From a virus (taxonomy: Duplodnaviria; Caudoviricetes), in IMG/VR virus record IMGVR_UViG_2930337131_000001, positions 32,001 through 96,000 of that record: a DNA stretch of 64,000 bases; one strand, written 5' to 3'. The notes beneath the pieces were generated by a model. That model was given only the letters and a program-made list of their open reading frames with translations, was not told the origin of the DNA and made no database searches. Positions within the stretch are counted from its first letter, which is position 1. The number at the start of each line of letters is the position of its first letter. Of the stretch, positions 1 to 8,646 are shown one piece after another. A program made the position numbers and the translations under genes.

Positions 1-40
1 CGAGGAGTGGGCCAGCCTCCCCGCGGGCCAGTGAACGCCA

Positions 41-74
41 CAGGGGCCCCGTACGGCGTCGTACGGGGCCCCTG
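41..74 (-). terminator. Intrinsic terminator-like hairpin
   Basis: Perfect 15-bp arms CAGGGGCCCCGTACG/CGTACGGGGCCCCTG, 4-nt loop, 8 nt beyond the stop of 83..535. Confidence 0.7.
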
Positions 75-82
75 CCGTCTGA

Positions 83-535
83 TCACTCGGCCGGGTGCGC
101 GTCCAGCCACCGGGACAGCTCATGCGCGGAGCCGAGGACCGCCGGCCGGTTCGTCCCGAGGGCCGTGGCGCCCTTGTCCTCCCCCACCGCGATGCCGTCC
201 TCCATCTTGTTGATCAGGACGTACGCCCCCGACCAGAACTCCGGCCCTGTGCCCTTGTCCGCGTGCATCGCAGTCCGCAGGGTCCGCGCGGGCCCCATGA
301 GCGCCTGCATCTGCTTCCAGCACGTCCCCGGCTCCTGCTCGAGGCAGCCGCCGTCCGTGTCGAACTTCTCCACCGCGGCCTGGAACTTGGTGGTGGCCGC
401 CCCCAGGCTCACCGTCTTCGCCTTCGCCGCCGGCTTTGCGTCGTCCTTGCTGCTCGAGCCGCAGCCGCTCACGGCCGCCACGGTCACGGCCAGGACCACG
501 CCCACGGCCGCCTTCCCCCACGTGTGTCTCCCCAT
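83..535 (-). CDS. Predicted lipoprotein
   Basis: Basic N-terminus, hydrophobic stretch, lipobox VSGC followed by GSSS linker. Confidence 0.75.
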   Translation of the reverse strand: MGRHTWGKAAVGVVLAVTVAAVSGCGSSSKDDAKPAAKAKTVSLGAATTKFQAAVEKFDTDGGCLEQEPGTCWKQMQALMGPARTLRTAMHADKGTGPEFWSGAYVLINKMEDGIAVGEDKGATALGTNRPAVLGSAHELSRWLDAHPAE

Positions 536-599
536 GGCGGGAGATCATCGCACGGGCCGCCGACATGCACACGATCAGCCGTAGGCCGCGCACGGCAAA

Positions 600-624
600 G
601 GGCCCCGACCAATGGCCGGGGCCC
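600..624 (-). terminator. Hairpin downstream of the Spd-like gene
   Basis: GGGCCCCG...CGGGGCCC arms. Confidence 0.45.
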
Positions 625-639
625 CTCGGTTCAGCAGCG

Positions 640-1077
640 TCACGCGTGCGTGTTGGAGCGGCCTCCCCACCGGTTGTTGTTCGTGATGTTCACCGTCTTG
701 CCCGCCCGGTTCGAGGGCGCCATCTTCCAGGCGAGCAGCAGCAGCGCAATCGCCGCGACCGCGCCGCCCGCAGCCGAGAACGCACTGATGAGCTGGCTTG
801 CCCCGGCGAGGAACTGCCCCGCTCCCCAGCCCGCGACGCCACCGCCGACACCGCCACCGAACAGGCGCTGCGCGAGCGGGTCGATGAGCGGCTGGGGGCT
901 CAGGTCCCGGGCCGGGGTCGGCGCGGTCGGCTGCAGGGCGGAACGGCGCACCGCCACGGACCGGTTCGGATCGTACGGGTCCTGGACGTGGACGATCGGG
1001 TCGTTCTCGTCGCCCAGCTCGACGAACCCCACGACCGGCTGAGGGGTGTACGCGCGGATCACAGGCTTGCCGGACAT
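640..1077 (-). CDS. Spd-like (plasmid spread/transfer accessory) membrane protein
   Basis: ATG 1077 with AGGAG RBS, overlaps traB end; Gly/Ala-rich hydrophobic segments and C-terminal NITNNNRWGG tail; position directly behind traB. Confidence 0.55.
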   Translation of the reverse strand: MSGKPVIRAYTPQPVVGFVELGDENDPIVHVQDPYDPNRSVAVRRSALQPTAPTPARDLSPQPLIDPLAQRLFGGGVGGGVAGWGAGQFLAGASQLISAFSAAGGAVAAIALLLLAWKMAPSNRAGKTVNITNNNRWGGRSNTHA

Positions 1078-3065
1078 GCGGAGTTCTCCTTGCTGGTGTC
1101 GTCGACGTCGGCTTCGGGGGTGTGCTGCGCGGCAGTGAGGACGAAGACGACTGAGCGGTCGCGCTTGCCGTTCTCGGTCACCCAGCCCTGACCAACCCAC
1201 TGGGACAGCCACGGGCTGATGGACGAGTGGTGATTGCAGATCCCGTCCCGGACCGCCTCGCCCTTGGTCAGGCCCTCGGGACCGGCCTTCTCCAGGGCCC
1301 GCCACAGCTCCAGCCGGTTCTCCTCGATCCGGGAGCCGTCCGGGTACGTCGGGACGGCGCGCAGCACCGGCCGGCCGCCGCCCCGCGGGCCGCCACCACC
1401 GCCGCGCGGGGGCGGAGGGGGCGTCGGGTCCGGGTCGGGTTCCAGGTCCGGGTGCGGGCGGACGTCCGCGTCCGTGTCCTCGGCGGCCGGGGCGTGCTCG
1501 CGGGACGTCTCGAGGATCTCCTCCTCGGTGATCCAGTAGCAGCGGCCTTCGTTCGGCGCCGTGTACCGCTCGGACGAGACCATGCACTTGCCCGGCAGGT
1601 CGAGCTCGTCGAGGCGCCAGCCCTTCCCGTACGCGCCCGTCCCCATGATCATGTTGATGGGGGTGGGCTCGTTGACGGGCAGGCCGATGCGCACGCCGAA
1701 CTGCTGCCGGGTGTCGGTGCCCTTCCCCCCGAATGCCTGCTCGCTGGGCGACTGGGTCGCGGCGATGATGCGGATACCCATGGCGCGGGACACCTGCATC
1801 AGCGTCATCAGCTCGGACGCCACGTCGGGCGCCTGGCGGATGAGCTCGGCGAGCTCGTCGATGATCAGGACGATGTACTTGCCGTGCTTCCGGGTCCACT
1901 TCTTGACCCGCTCGCCCTTCGGGCCGCGCAGCGTCGACAGGTGCTTGCCGCGCCGGGTCATCTCGCCCTTGAGCCAGACCAGGACCTGACGCGCAGTGTC
2001 CGGGTCGTCGGCGAGGGCGATCATGTTGTCGCGCCACGGGCCCAGCTCGAGCGCGCCGGGCTTCATGTCGATGCCCGCGAGGTCGACGTCGCCGCAGGCC
2101 ACGAGGTTCGCGGCGAGGACGTTGACGGCCCCGGACTTGCCCTTGTTGGTGCCACCGGCGACCAGGACGTGCCCGTCGACGATGTCGACCAGGATCTCGC
2201 TGCCGTCGGGGTAGACGCCGATCGGGATGGGCTGCTCGATCGAGTCGATGCGCACGCCCGGCCACGAGATGCCAGGTCCGGCGAGCGGGTCCGTGGTCTG
2301 CAGACGCACGATCAACTGGTTCGGCTGCGCGCCCTCGGTGAGACGGAGCCGGCCGGGGAGGTCGAGGTTCGCCTGGAGCTGCTGCCGCTTGGCGATGACG
2401 GAGGCCGCGGACGTGTTCTTGCCCGGGGGCAGCGTCACCAGGCAGTACCAACCGGTCTCGGTGAACACGATCCGGGAGACGTCGACGGCGGGCACGCCCA
2501 GGGCCACCAGGGCGCGGCGCAGCGCGGTCTCCTCCTCGGTGTCGCCCGTGACTCCGGCCTGGCCGACGTTCACGCCCATGCCGTCGGGCAGGGGCGCGGT
2601 CTTGGCCGCCTTGATCTGCAGGTTGAACCGCTCGTGGCGGGACTTGATCAGCCACGGCACGTACACCGCGTACGAGGAGATCGTTACGACACCCGAGGCG
2701 ATGAGCGACGGGACGGTCGGGCCGGTGATGGCGCCGATCGCCGTGTTCACGATCGTGCCCGTGGAGGCGACGCCGAGGGAGGTGGCGAGTCCGTTCTTGT
2801 GCTTGATGCCGCCCCAGGTCAGGCCGCCCGCGGCGGCGAGCGCCACGCCGTACCCGGCGTACGCCTCCGGTGTGACGCCGGCGAGGTGGTGGAGCCAGCC
2901 CAGGCACGTCATGCCGAAGGTCACCGCGGCCGGGGCCAGTTCGTAGCGCATCCGCCCGCACCAGCGGCACACAGCCTCGGCCATGCGGCGCGTACGGCCG
3001 TGGGGCGAGATTTCGTCTATGGGTGGCGGGGTGACGTGATCGGTCTTCTCGCGAGGGATGAACAC
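1059..3065 (-). CDS. traB: FtsK/SpoIIIE-family conjugative DNA translocase (Streptomyces TraB type)
   Basis: N-terminal TM segments, Walker A AGGTNKGKS, Walker B LIIDE, SRAMGI/ATQSP motifs, Pro/Gly linker and C-terminal wHTH-like domain. Confidence 0.9.
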   Translation of the reverse strand: MFIPREKTDHVTPPPIDEISPHGRTRRMAEAVCRWCGRMRYELAPAAVTFGMTCLGWLHHLAGVTPEAYAGYGVALAAAGGLTWGGIKHKNGLATSLGVASTGTIVNTAIGAITGPTVPSLIASGVVTISSYAVYVPWLIKSRHERFNLQIKAAKTAPLPDGMGVNVGQAGVTGDTEEETALRRALVALGVPAVDVSRIVFTETGWYCLVTLPPGKNTSAASVIAKRQQLQANLDLPGRLRLTEGAQPNQLIVRLQTTDPLAGPGISWPGVRIDSIEQPIPIGVYPDGSEILVDIVDGHVLVAGGTNKGKSGAVNVLAANLVACGDVDLAGIDMKPGALELGPWRDNMIALADDPDTARQVLVWLKGEMTRRGKHLSTLRGPKGERVKKWTRKHGKYIVLIIDELAELIRQAPDVASELMTLMQVSRAMGIRIIAATQSPSEQAFGGKGTDTRQQFGVRIGLPVNEPTPINMIMGTGAYGKGWRLDELDLPGKCMVSSERYTAPNEGRCYWITEEEILETSREHAPAAEDTDADVRPHPDLEPDPDPTPPPPPRGGGGGPRGGGRPVLRAVPTYPDGSRIEENRLELWRALEKAGPEGLTKGEAVRDGICNHHSSISPWLSQWVGQGWVTENGKRDRSVVFVLTAAQHTPEADVDDTSKENSACPASL

Positions 3066-3071
3066 GTCACG

Positions 3072-3128
3072 TCACCTCGCCAGGAGGGACGCGGAAAGGC
3101 GGACAACGGCTGCGGTGCGCGAGGGCAT
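3072..3128 (-). CDS. Possible 18-aa leader peptide MPSRTAAVVRLSASLLAR
   Basis: GAAGGA RBS before ATG 3128; its stop codon overlaps the GAGGTG RBS of traB. Confidence 0.35.
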   Translation of the reverse strand: MPSRTAAVVRLSASLLAR

Positions 3129-3153
3129 CGGGGTGTTCCTTCGTTCGTGGTCT

Positions 3154-3171
3154 CGGCGGTGCTCTCCGCCG
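3154..3171 (-). promoter_or_regulatory. AGAGCA-loop leader hairpin, copy 1
   Basis: Minus strand CGGCGG-AGAGCA-CCGCCG. Confidence 0.6.
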
Positions 3172-3217
3172 TGGGGCCTGGCCATGACGCCAGATGTTCG
3201 GTTGTCGCAGGTGCGGG

Positions 3218-3466
3218 TTACGGGCCGGGCGGCCCGAGCGTCACGGGGTCGGTCGTCTTGTCGTGCCAGACGTAGCCCCACTGATGACGACTGGTCATCT
3301 GTGTTTCGGGTGGGAGCGCGCGGCCGGCGATGGCTGCCACGGCCGTGGTCATGCTGTCCACGGCGTCCATGCGTTTGGCCGTGCGCACATTGGTCGGGGT
3401 GCCCGGCGGGATCGTGAACTGGAAAGTCACTGTGAGCACCCGCGGGGCATCTCGCTCCGACGTCAT
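3218..3466 (-). CDS. Hypothetical protein
   Basis: ATG 3466 with GAGGGGGG RBS. Confidence 0.55.
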   Translation of the reverse strand: MTSERDAPRVLTVTFQFTIPPGTPTNVRTAKRMDAVDSMTTAVAAIAGRALPPETQMTSRHQWGYVWHDKTTDPVTLGPPGP

Positions 3467-3550
3467 TCGTCCCCCCTCTGGATCAGACACAGCCCTCATT
3501 GTGCCTGATCTGTCGGGGAGATTGATAGTTCTCCGGGAGAACTTGCGCCC

Positions 3551-3868
3551 TCAGCGCCTACGAACCAGGAGTGGCCTGGCCTTTTCCAGAAGGATTCGCA
3601 CGTTCTCCGGGAGAGCTGGGGGAGCTGGGGGCGGTTCCAGGCCCAGCCACTCGAGCGCCAACTCCTCCGGCCACGGCGTCCACGCCACGAGGGGCACCAC
3701 CTGGTCCAGGTCCGCCTTCACGCGCGCCGGGTGCGTCCGCTTCCACGCCTCCGCCCACGCGGCCTCGTCGGCACGCTCCGCCTCGGCCTCGAGCCAGTGC
3801 AGGATCCGCCGCGGCCCCCGCGCCTCCAGCCAGCCGTCTTCCAGCAGCGTGGCGTACAGGCCCTTCAC
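3551..3868 (-). CDS. Hypothetical protein
   Basis: GTG 3868 overlaps upstream stop (GTGA). Confidence 0.55.
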   Translation of the reverse strand: MKGLYATLLEDGWLEARGPRRILHWLEAEAERADEAAWAEAWKRTHPARVKADLDQVVPLVAWTPWPEELALEWLGLEPPPAPPALPENVRILLEKARPLLVRRR

Positions 3869-4515
3869 GATGCCCTCCGCGGGGCGCGGACGGGCTGCAT
3901 GTGCTCCTTGCAGTTCACGCACCGCACCACGCCCTTGAAGCGCGGGTGCGGCTCCGTGCCCAACGGCCCGCACAGCTCGCACGCGCGCGGGAACACCCAC
4001 TCGCTTGCCTCGACTGCCGATGCGATCGGGGGGTCGTGCGGCGTCGCCGCGTCGTACATGTCATTCCACGTGAACCGCGTACCGTCCCGGTCCGGTTCCG
4101 ACTGATGCCAACCGCCAGGCTGGTCCCGCACGGGCATGAGCGACGGGTCGTAGTGGCCCACCGGCCGCCCGCAGGAAACCCGGCCCGCCATGGCGTGCAG
4201 CATGGTCGCGCTGCAGGTGGTCACCTCACCCGAGCACTCTGGACACGGCACGGGCCTCTGCTCCCACCGCGTGAGGTCGGGGACCACACCGCGGCCGCGG
4301 CAGCGGCGGCAAGGCGGAGCCGGCGGCTTCGGCGGGGGAAACGACACCTCGAGCTTCACCAGGTCGGGGTGCCGGTCGGACGGGCCGAGTGCGTCGACCT
4401 GGCAGTGCAGGGTGACCGTCCGCCAGCCCTCGAGGGGCAGCGTGGAAGGCAGCTCGCCCTTGAGCAGCTCGGGCAGCTCCTCGGCGGTGATCTCGCGGTT
4501 TCCGGGGGCGGTCAT
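3865..4515 (-). CDS. Hypothetical Cys-rich (Zn-binding) protein
   Basis: CRRCRGRG...CPECSG, CELC, CVNC; ATGA overlap with upstream gene. Confidence 0.6.
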   Translation of the reverse strand: MTAPGNREITAEELPELLKGELPSTLPLEGWRTVTLHCQVDALGPSDRHPDLVKLEVSFPPPKPPAPPCRRCRGRGVVPDLTRWEQRPVPCPECSGEVTTCSATMLHAMAGRVSCGRPVGHYDPSLMPVRDQPGGWHQSEPDRDGTRFTWNDMYDAATPHDPPIASAVEASEWVFPRACELCGPLGTEPHPRFKGVVRCVNCKEHMQPVRAPRRAS

Positions 4516-4694
4516 GCGGTCAGCACCGCCATAGACCAGCAGAAGGCCATGAACACGGAGACGAAGCCGACGACAACTCCCCAGAGCTGCGCGGCCCCCT
4601 TCCACGATCCATCCATGTGGTAGCCCAGCCAGGTGATTCCCCCGGCGAAGGCGGCCACGGTCGCCACCACCACGACCCACGCCAACACGACCAT
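4512..4694 (-). CDS. Small 2-TM membrane protein
   Basis: Two hydrophobic stretches, coupled to neighbours. Confidence 0.6.
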   Translation of the reverse strand: MVVLAWVVVVATVAAFAGGITWLGYHMDGSWKGAAQLWGVVVGFVSVFMAFCWSMAVLTA

Positions 4695-4697
4695 GTC

Positions 4698-5000
4698 CTA
4701 CGCCTCCACTTCAGTGAGCCCGGCGGCGTCGGCCAGGCGCGCGTACCAGCCCTCGACGGTCAACGCCGTGATCCGACAGGCCAGATGCCGGGGCATGACC
4801 CGCCGGAAAATGCTCAGGGGAAGGACGAACTCCACCTCGGCCAGAAGTGGCCGGGCGGGGAGCAACCCGCCCGGCTTGTACTCCTGCTCGGTGTCGAGCT
4901 GGGCGTCCGCGGCGTAGCCGACGTACGACCAGGCGCCGGCCGCGTCCGGCGGGGTTCCCGCCGGAGCCGTCCACACCGCACCGCCCACCGGGCCCGTCAC
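4698..5000 (-). CDS. Hypothetical protein
   Basis: Coupled ORF in operon. Confidence 0.55.
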   Translation of the reverse strand: MTGPVGGAVWTAPAGTPPDAAGAWSYVGYAADAQLDTEQEYKPGGLLPARPLLAEVEFVLPLSIFRRVMPRHLACRITALTVEGWYARLADAAGLTEVEA

Positions 5001-5443
5001 GACGCCTCCGGGGTGTTCACGAAGCCGCGGATCTCCCCGGCGAGCATCCCGATAGCGTGCCCGTCTATCCGTCCCTCGACGACGTCCTCGTACATCGCCA
5101 GCGCCTTGCGCAGCAGGGCCTCCGCCTTCTCCCCGCGAGCCAGTTCCTTGTCGATCCGGGCCTTGAGCGGCGCCCCGAACTCCTGCACCGAAGGGTCCGG
5201 AGCGAACCGCTTCACCGCCTCCCAGAACGCGCCGGCCGCCTTGTCCGGGGCGTAGTTCTCCCCGAACACCATCCGCCCGTCCGGGTGGACCGTCAGCATC
5301 GGGCGGCCGTTGTCGTCCGGGATGACCAGGGAGTACGAGGTGATCGGCTTCATCGCGCTGAGCGCGCTCAGGGGCACCACGTCACCGACCAGCGCCGTGG
5401 GGACGATGCCGCGAGACTCGCCGACGTTGAACGCGCCGCTCAC
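4997..5443 (-). CDS. Hypothetical protein
   Basis: Coupled ORF with normal composition. Confidence 0.65.
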   Translation of the reverse strand: MSGAFNVGESRGIVPTALVGDVVPLSALSAMKPITSYSLVIPDDNGRPMLTVHPDGRMVFGENYAPDKAAGAFWEAVKRFAPDPSVQEFGAPLKARIDKELARGEKAEALLRKALAMYEDVVEGRIDGHAIGMLAGEIRGFVNTPEAS

Positions 5444-5898
5444 GCGGTCTCACCCCAGTAGCCAGGCAGAGCGTGGACGTCGATGCCGTCCCGCTCGGAC
5501 ACGCGGGCGACGCTCGGGTCGGCACTCCACACGGTGAGCCCGCCGAACTTGGCGGCCGCGGCGCGCAGCCGCTCCCCCTTCACCACGGCGGTCGGCCGGA
5601 AGTCACCGCGGCCGCGCATCAGCACGAGGGTGGCGGGCACCCCGTGCGCGCCCAGCCACGTCACGACGAGCTGCTCCAGGCGCCGGTCGCCGCCGGTCAT
5701 GACCAGGACGGTCTGCCCCTTCGCGTGCGCCTCCCTGGCAGCCTGCACGACCTTGCGGTTCGGGGGGCACTGGAGGCTGGCACGGTAGAACGCGGCCGCA
5801 TCGCCGGCCAGGTGGCGGATGGTCCGAACGTTGATGAGGCCGCCCTCGAGGTCGAAGGCGACGGCCCCGCGCGGCGGGGCGGCGACAGCAGTGGTCAT
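5440..5898 (-). CDS. Degenerate HAD-fold protein resembling the T4 PNK 3'-phosphatase domain
   Basis: AFDLEGGL, PPNRKVV, LVMTGG, LMRGRGDFRP..VVK pattern; catalytic motifs altered. Confidence 0.55.
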   Translation of the reverse strand: MTTAVAAPPRGAVAFDLEGGLINVRTIRHLAGDAAAFYRASLQCPPNRKVVQAAREAHAKGQTVLVMTGGDRRLEQLVVTWLGAHGVPATLVLMRGRGDFRPTAVVKGERLRAAAAKFGGLTVWSADPSVARVSERDGIDVHALPGYWGETA

Positions 5899-6170
5899 GC
5901 GAGGTCTCCGTTGTAAATGTGGATCATGCGGACGGCCTTCGCCTGGCACGAGTCGCACGTCTTGCGGCGGGGGTCGCCCGTGCCGCAGATCGCCGCGGCG
6001 AGGGCGTCGACGGCGCCGGTGGAGGTGATGCGGAGCAGCGTGACGCCCTTCTTGCGGCAGGAGTCGCACGCCCGGGTCTTCCCGGGCCGGGTGTTCTCTC
6101 CGCACGCGACCAGTGCCAGGCGCTGCTCGAGGACGAGATCCGTGGGGAGCTCAGTGACAGTGGCGGTCAT
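5895..6170 (-). CDS. Small Cys-repeat protein
   Basis: Two C...CDSC units; ATGA overlap. Confidence 0.6.
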   Translation of the reverse strand: MTATVTELPTDLVLEQRLALVACGENTRPGKTRACDSCRKKGVTLLRITSTGAVDALAAAICGTGDPRRKTCDSCQAKAVRMIHIYNGDLA

Positions 6171-6826
6171 CGGTTGCAGTCCTTCGGCGCGCGCGACTTG
6201 TGGTGGGCGATGGTCTGCAGGTCTCCCCCGACCTGCTCGTAAGCGGTCATCAACTGGCAGGCCGTGCAGCGACGGGCCAGGAAGATCCGCAGGGGGTTCG
6301 TCGTCGACTTCTGGTGTCCCGAGCGGCCGCTGGTCATCTCGCCGTGCGTCCGGTCGCCGCACCACTCACACGACGGGTCGTAGTGGGACAGGATCGGAGC
6401 CGGCCGCCACGGCATCGACCAGGTGATCGCGCAGCCCGCGTGCTCCCTGGGCAGGGGCGCCTCGGCGTACGTCGTCGGCTCAGGAACCGCCCAGAGGTGG
6501 CGGCCGCGGCGGTCCAGTTCAGGCTCCGGCAGCTCCTCGGCGGCGTCGGCCTGGACGAGACGGGGCTTCTCCGGCTCCGGCTCCCCGCGCAGGGCGCGCA
6601 GGCAGGCCGGGCAGATGTCCGCCTCGGTGACTGGCCCGTCCCACGGCCGTACGCCCGGGGCCTGTTCGACGTCCGGCGTGCACTCCAGGGGCACGGTGAA
6701 CACGGGCATCCTGGGGGCCGTGACGCCCTCCCCCGCGATGTGCAGCATCGGGCGGCCTGCAGCCCGCACGACCAGGCGGCCGGCCCACACGGGCGCGGCC
6801 GGGGTCTCGACGGCCAGGGCGCTCAC
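6167..6826 (-). CDS. Hypothetical Zn-finger protein
   Basis: CPAC, CEWC, CTAC motifs. Confidence 0.6.
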   Translation of the reverse strand: MSALAVETPAAPVWAGRLVVRAAGRPMLHIAGEGVTAPRMPVFTVPLECTPDVEQAPGVRPWDGPVTEADICPACLRALRGEPEPEKPRLVQADAAEELPEPELDRRGRHLWAVPEPTTYAEAPLPREHAGCAITWSMPWRPAPILSHYDPSCEWCGDRTHGEMTSGRSGHQKSTTNPLRIFLARRCTACQLMTAYEQVGGDLQTIAHHKSRAPKDCNR

Positions 6827-7077
6827 GACTTGTCCCCCGCGGTGCTCTGGAGCGCGCCGGCGACGCGGGCCCACATGGTCGCCATGCCGACCGCACGCTC
6901 GCGGTACATCTCGAGGCCGTCAGCCGTCGCCCGATGCAGGGCAGCGGCCGCGTTGTCCCGCGCGCTCTCGGCGCGCTTCGCCTCCCTCTGCTGCTCGTCG
7001 ACTGCCTTGATGCCCAGCTCGGCGGCCTCCGCCCAGCCCAGCGCCTTCTCTGCGGCCCCGGCCGCGGTGAGGCTCAT
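6823..7077 (-). CDS. Hypothetical helical protein
   Basis: Coupled ORF. Confidence 0.55.
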   Translation of the reverse strand: MSLTAAGAAEKALGWAEAAELGIKAVDEQQREAKRAESARDNAAAALHRATADGLEMYRERAVGMATMWARVAGALQSTAGDKS

Positions 7078-7310
7078 CGGGCCCGCCCCGTCAGGAGCTG
7101 CACCAGGCCGGTGGGCTTGGCGTTCTGCCGGTACAGGTCCCGGCGGGCAGTGTGGACGCTGCGCCGGGCGAGGCAGAGCACGCCCGCCGGAACGTGGCAG
7201 GTCGGGCACTGCACGGAGTAGGAGCCGTGCCGGAACCGGGCCGCGGTCTCGTGCGCAGCATCGTGCGCGGCGTCTGCGGCCGGGGACGGTATGACGCTGG
7301 AGAGGATCAC
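7074..7310 (-). CDS. Small actinophage-type zinc-finger protein
   Basis: CPTCHVPAGVLC...HTAR. Confidence 0.6.
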   Translation of the reverse strand: MILSSVIPSPAADAAHDAAHETAARFRHGSYSVQCPTCHVPAGVLCLARRSVHTARRDLYRQNAKPTGLVQLLTGRAR

Positions 7311-7969
7311 GCGCGGCCGCCCTGGTCGGGCACCGGCAGGAAGCGCGGACGGGAGCCCTCGGCCGGGAACGGCTGCTCGCGGTCGAGCATGTACTCCCAC
7401 TGCCCGGTGCGCGGCTGGGCCCGCTTGAGCCGCTTGTAATAGGCCGTGCCGAACACCATGTCCGTGGTGTCCCCGCACTCCGTGGGCAGTTCGAGCCGGT
7501 AGACCGGGCCGGTCAGCGCGTCGGCCGCCGGCGGTTCCTTCGGCCCCCACACGCCCAGCACGATGCCCATGTGCGGGCCCTCGACGATCCGGACCTCGTG
7601 GAAGTCCCGGGTCGCCCCGGACGCCTCGGCGGAGGCGTCGCGTATGCCGCGCGCCCAGGCGTTGACGTCCACGGCCGTCGGCGTCGGGGCGTAGCCGAGG
7701 AGGCTGCGCAGGGCGGCGATGGTGGTGAGGAGCTCCGTGTACGCGGCGACAGGGAAGTTGTCTTTCCACTGGTCACGCAGCAGGGAACACGCGGCCTTGT
7801 CGACGATCTCGAGAAGGTGGAGGTCGACGACGTCGCGCTCGAGCATGGTCCCGGCGGCCGAGAACGCATTGACGACCAGGTCCACGTTGCGGAACCGGTC
7901 CCAGAGCGGCGCTACGGGCATCCCGCGGTGGTCGTACATCTGCAGGGATACGGGGTGCTTGGTGCTCAT
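7307..7969 (-). CDS. Hypothetical protein
   Basis: AGGAG RBS, 220 aa, normal composition. Confidence 0.7.
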   Translation of the reverse strand: MSTKHPVSLQMYDHRGMPVAPLWDRFRNVDLVVNAFSAAGTMLERDVVDLHLLEIVDKAACSLLRDQWKDNFPVAAYTELLTTIAALRSLLGYAPTPTAVDVNAWARGIRDASAEASGATRDFHEVRIVEGPHMGIVLGVWGPKEPPAADALTGPVYRLELPTECGDTTDMVFGTAYYKRLKRAQPRTGQWEYMLDREQPFPAEGSRPRFLPVPDQGGRA

Positions 7970-8060
7970 GGAGGGGCATCTCCTGTTAGCTGAGGCGAGG
8001 GCGGGCCAGCCCTCATGTGAGGTACGTCGAGTGGCCGATTCCTGTTACGGTTCCGGCGTT

Positions 8061-8642
8061 CTAGCTGGTCAGAGGCTCGGTGAGTTCCACGATGACCAGC
8101 GACATGCGGGCGAATCCGGTGGTGACGGGCTCCCCCATGACGGGCATCGGGCCCATGAGGAACTCGTGGTTGTCGTCCGGCAGGAGTCCCCCGTCGGTGA
8201 CCAGGCCGTCGACGTACGCCTTCACCGTGGGCGCCCAGTTGCCCGGGTCCCGCTTCCGGGAGAGCGGCCGGGGGTGCAGCACGTAGAAGACGGCCGCGCG
8301 CTGCAGCTTGGGCAGGCGCTTGGCCATGGCCATGGCGGCGGCGTCCTGGCGGAGCTGCTTGCGGATCCGGTGCACGGCCATGTGGTGGAGCCGCTGGTTG
8401 CTGTCCAGCATCTCCTCGACGTACGGCATGAGCAGCGTCCAGGTGCGCCCGACGCCGGACAGGCCGGTGAGCAGGGGCTGGACTGCGGGCGCGGGCGGGG
8501 TGGACGGCGGGCCCGGGTGCACGGCCGGCTTCTTCCGGGCCTTCTTCTTCGGCTTCGCGGCGGCGGCCGCCGGGGAGGCTTGTCCCCCGCGGCGGCTCGC
8601 CATCAGGTCGCGGTACTGGGCCGCGGTCATACGGGCAACCAA
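8061..8642 (-). CDS. RusA-like Holliday junction resolvase
   Basis: KRDPGNWAPTVKAYVDGL...LPDDN acidic motif pattern. Confidence 0.7.
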   Translation of the reverse strand: MVARMTAAQYRDLMASRRGGQASPAAAAAKPKKKARKKPAVHPGPPSTPPAPAVQPLLTGLSGVGRTWTLLMPYVEEMLDSNQRLHHMAVHRIRKQLRQDAAAMAMAKRLPKLQRAAVFYVLHPRPLSRKRDPGNWAPTVKAYVDGLVTDGGLLPDDNHEFLMGPMPVMGEPVTTGFARMSLVIVELTEPLTS

Positions 8643-8646
8643 GGGA

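Noticed and set aside
1420-1460. GACCCGGA-like 8-mers resembling TraB clt/TRS repeats
   Set aside because: Few and imperfect, and explained by the PDLEPDPDP coding linker; no clear clt array seen
640-2970. 776-aa minus ORF overlapping traB
   Set aside because: Only 640-1077 has an RBS and protein-like composition; the rest is an Arg-rich alternative frame
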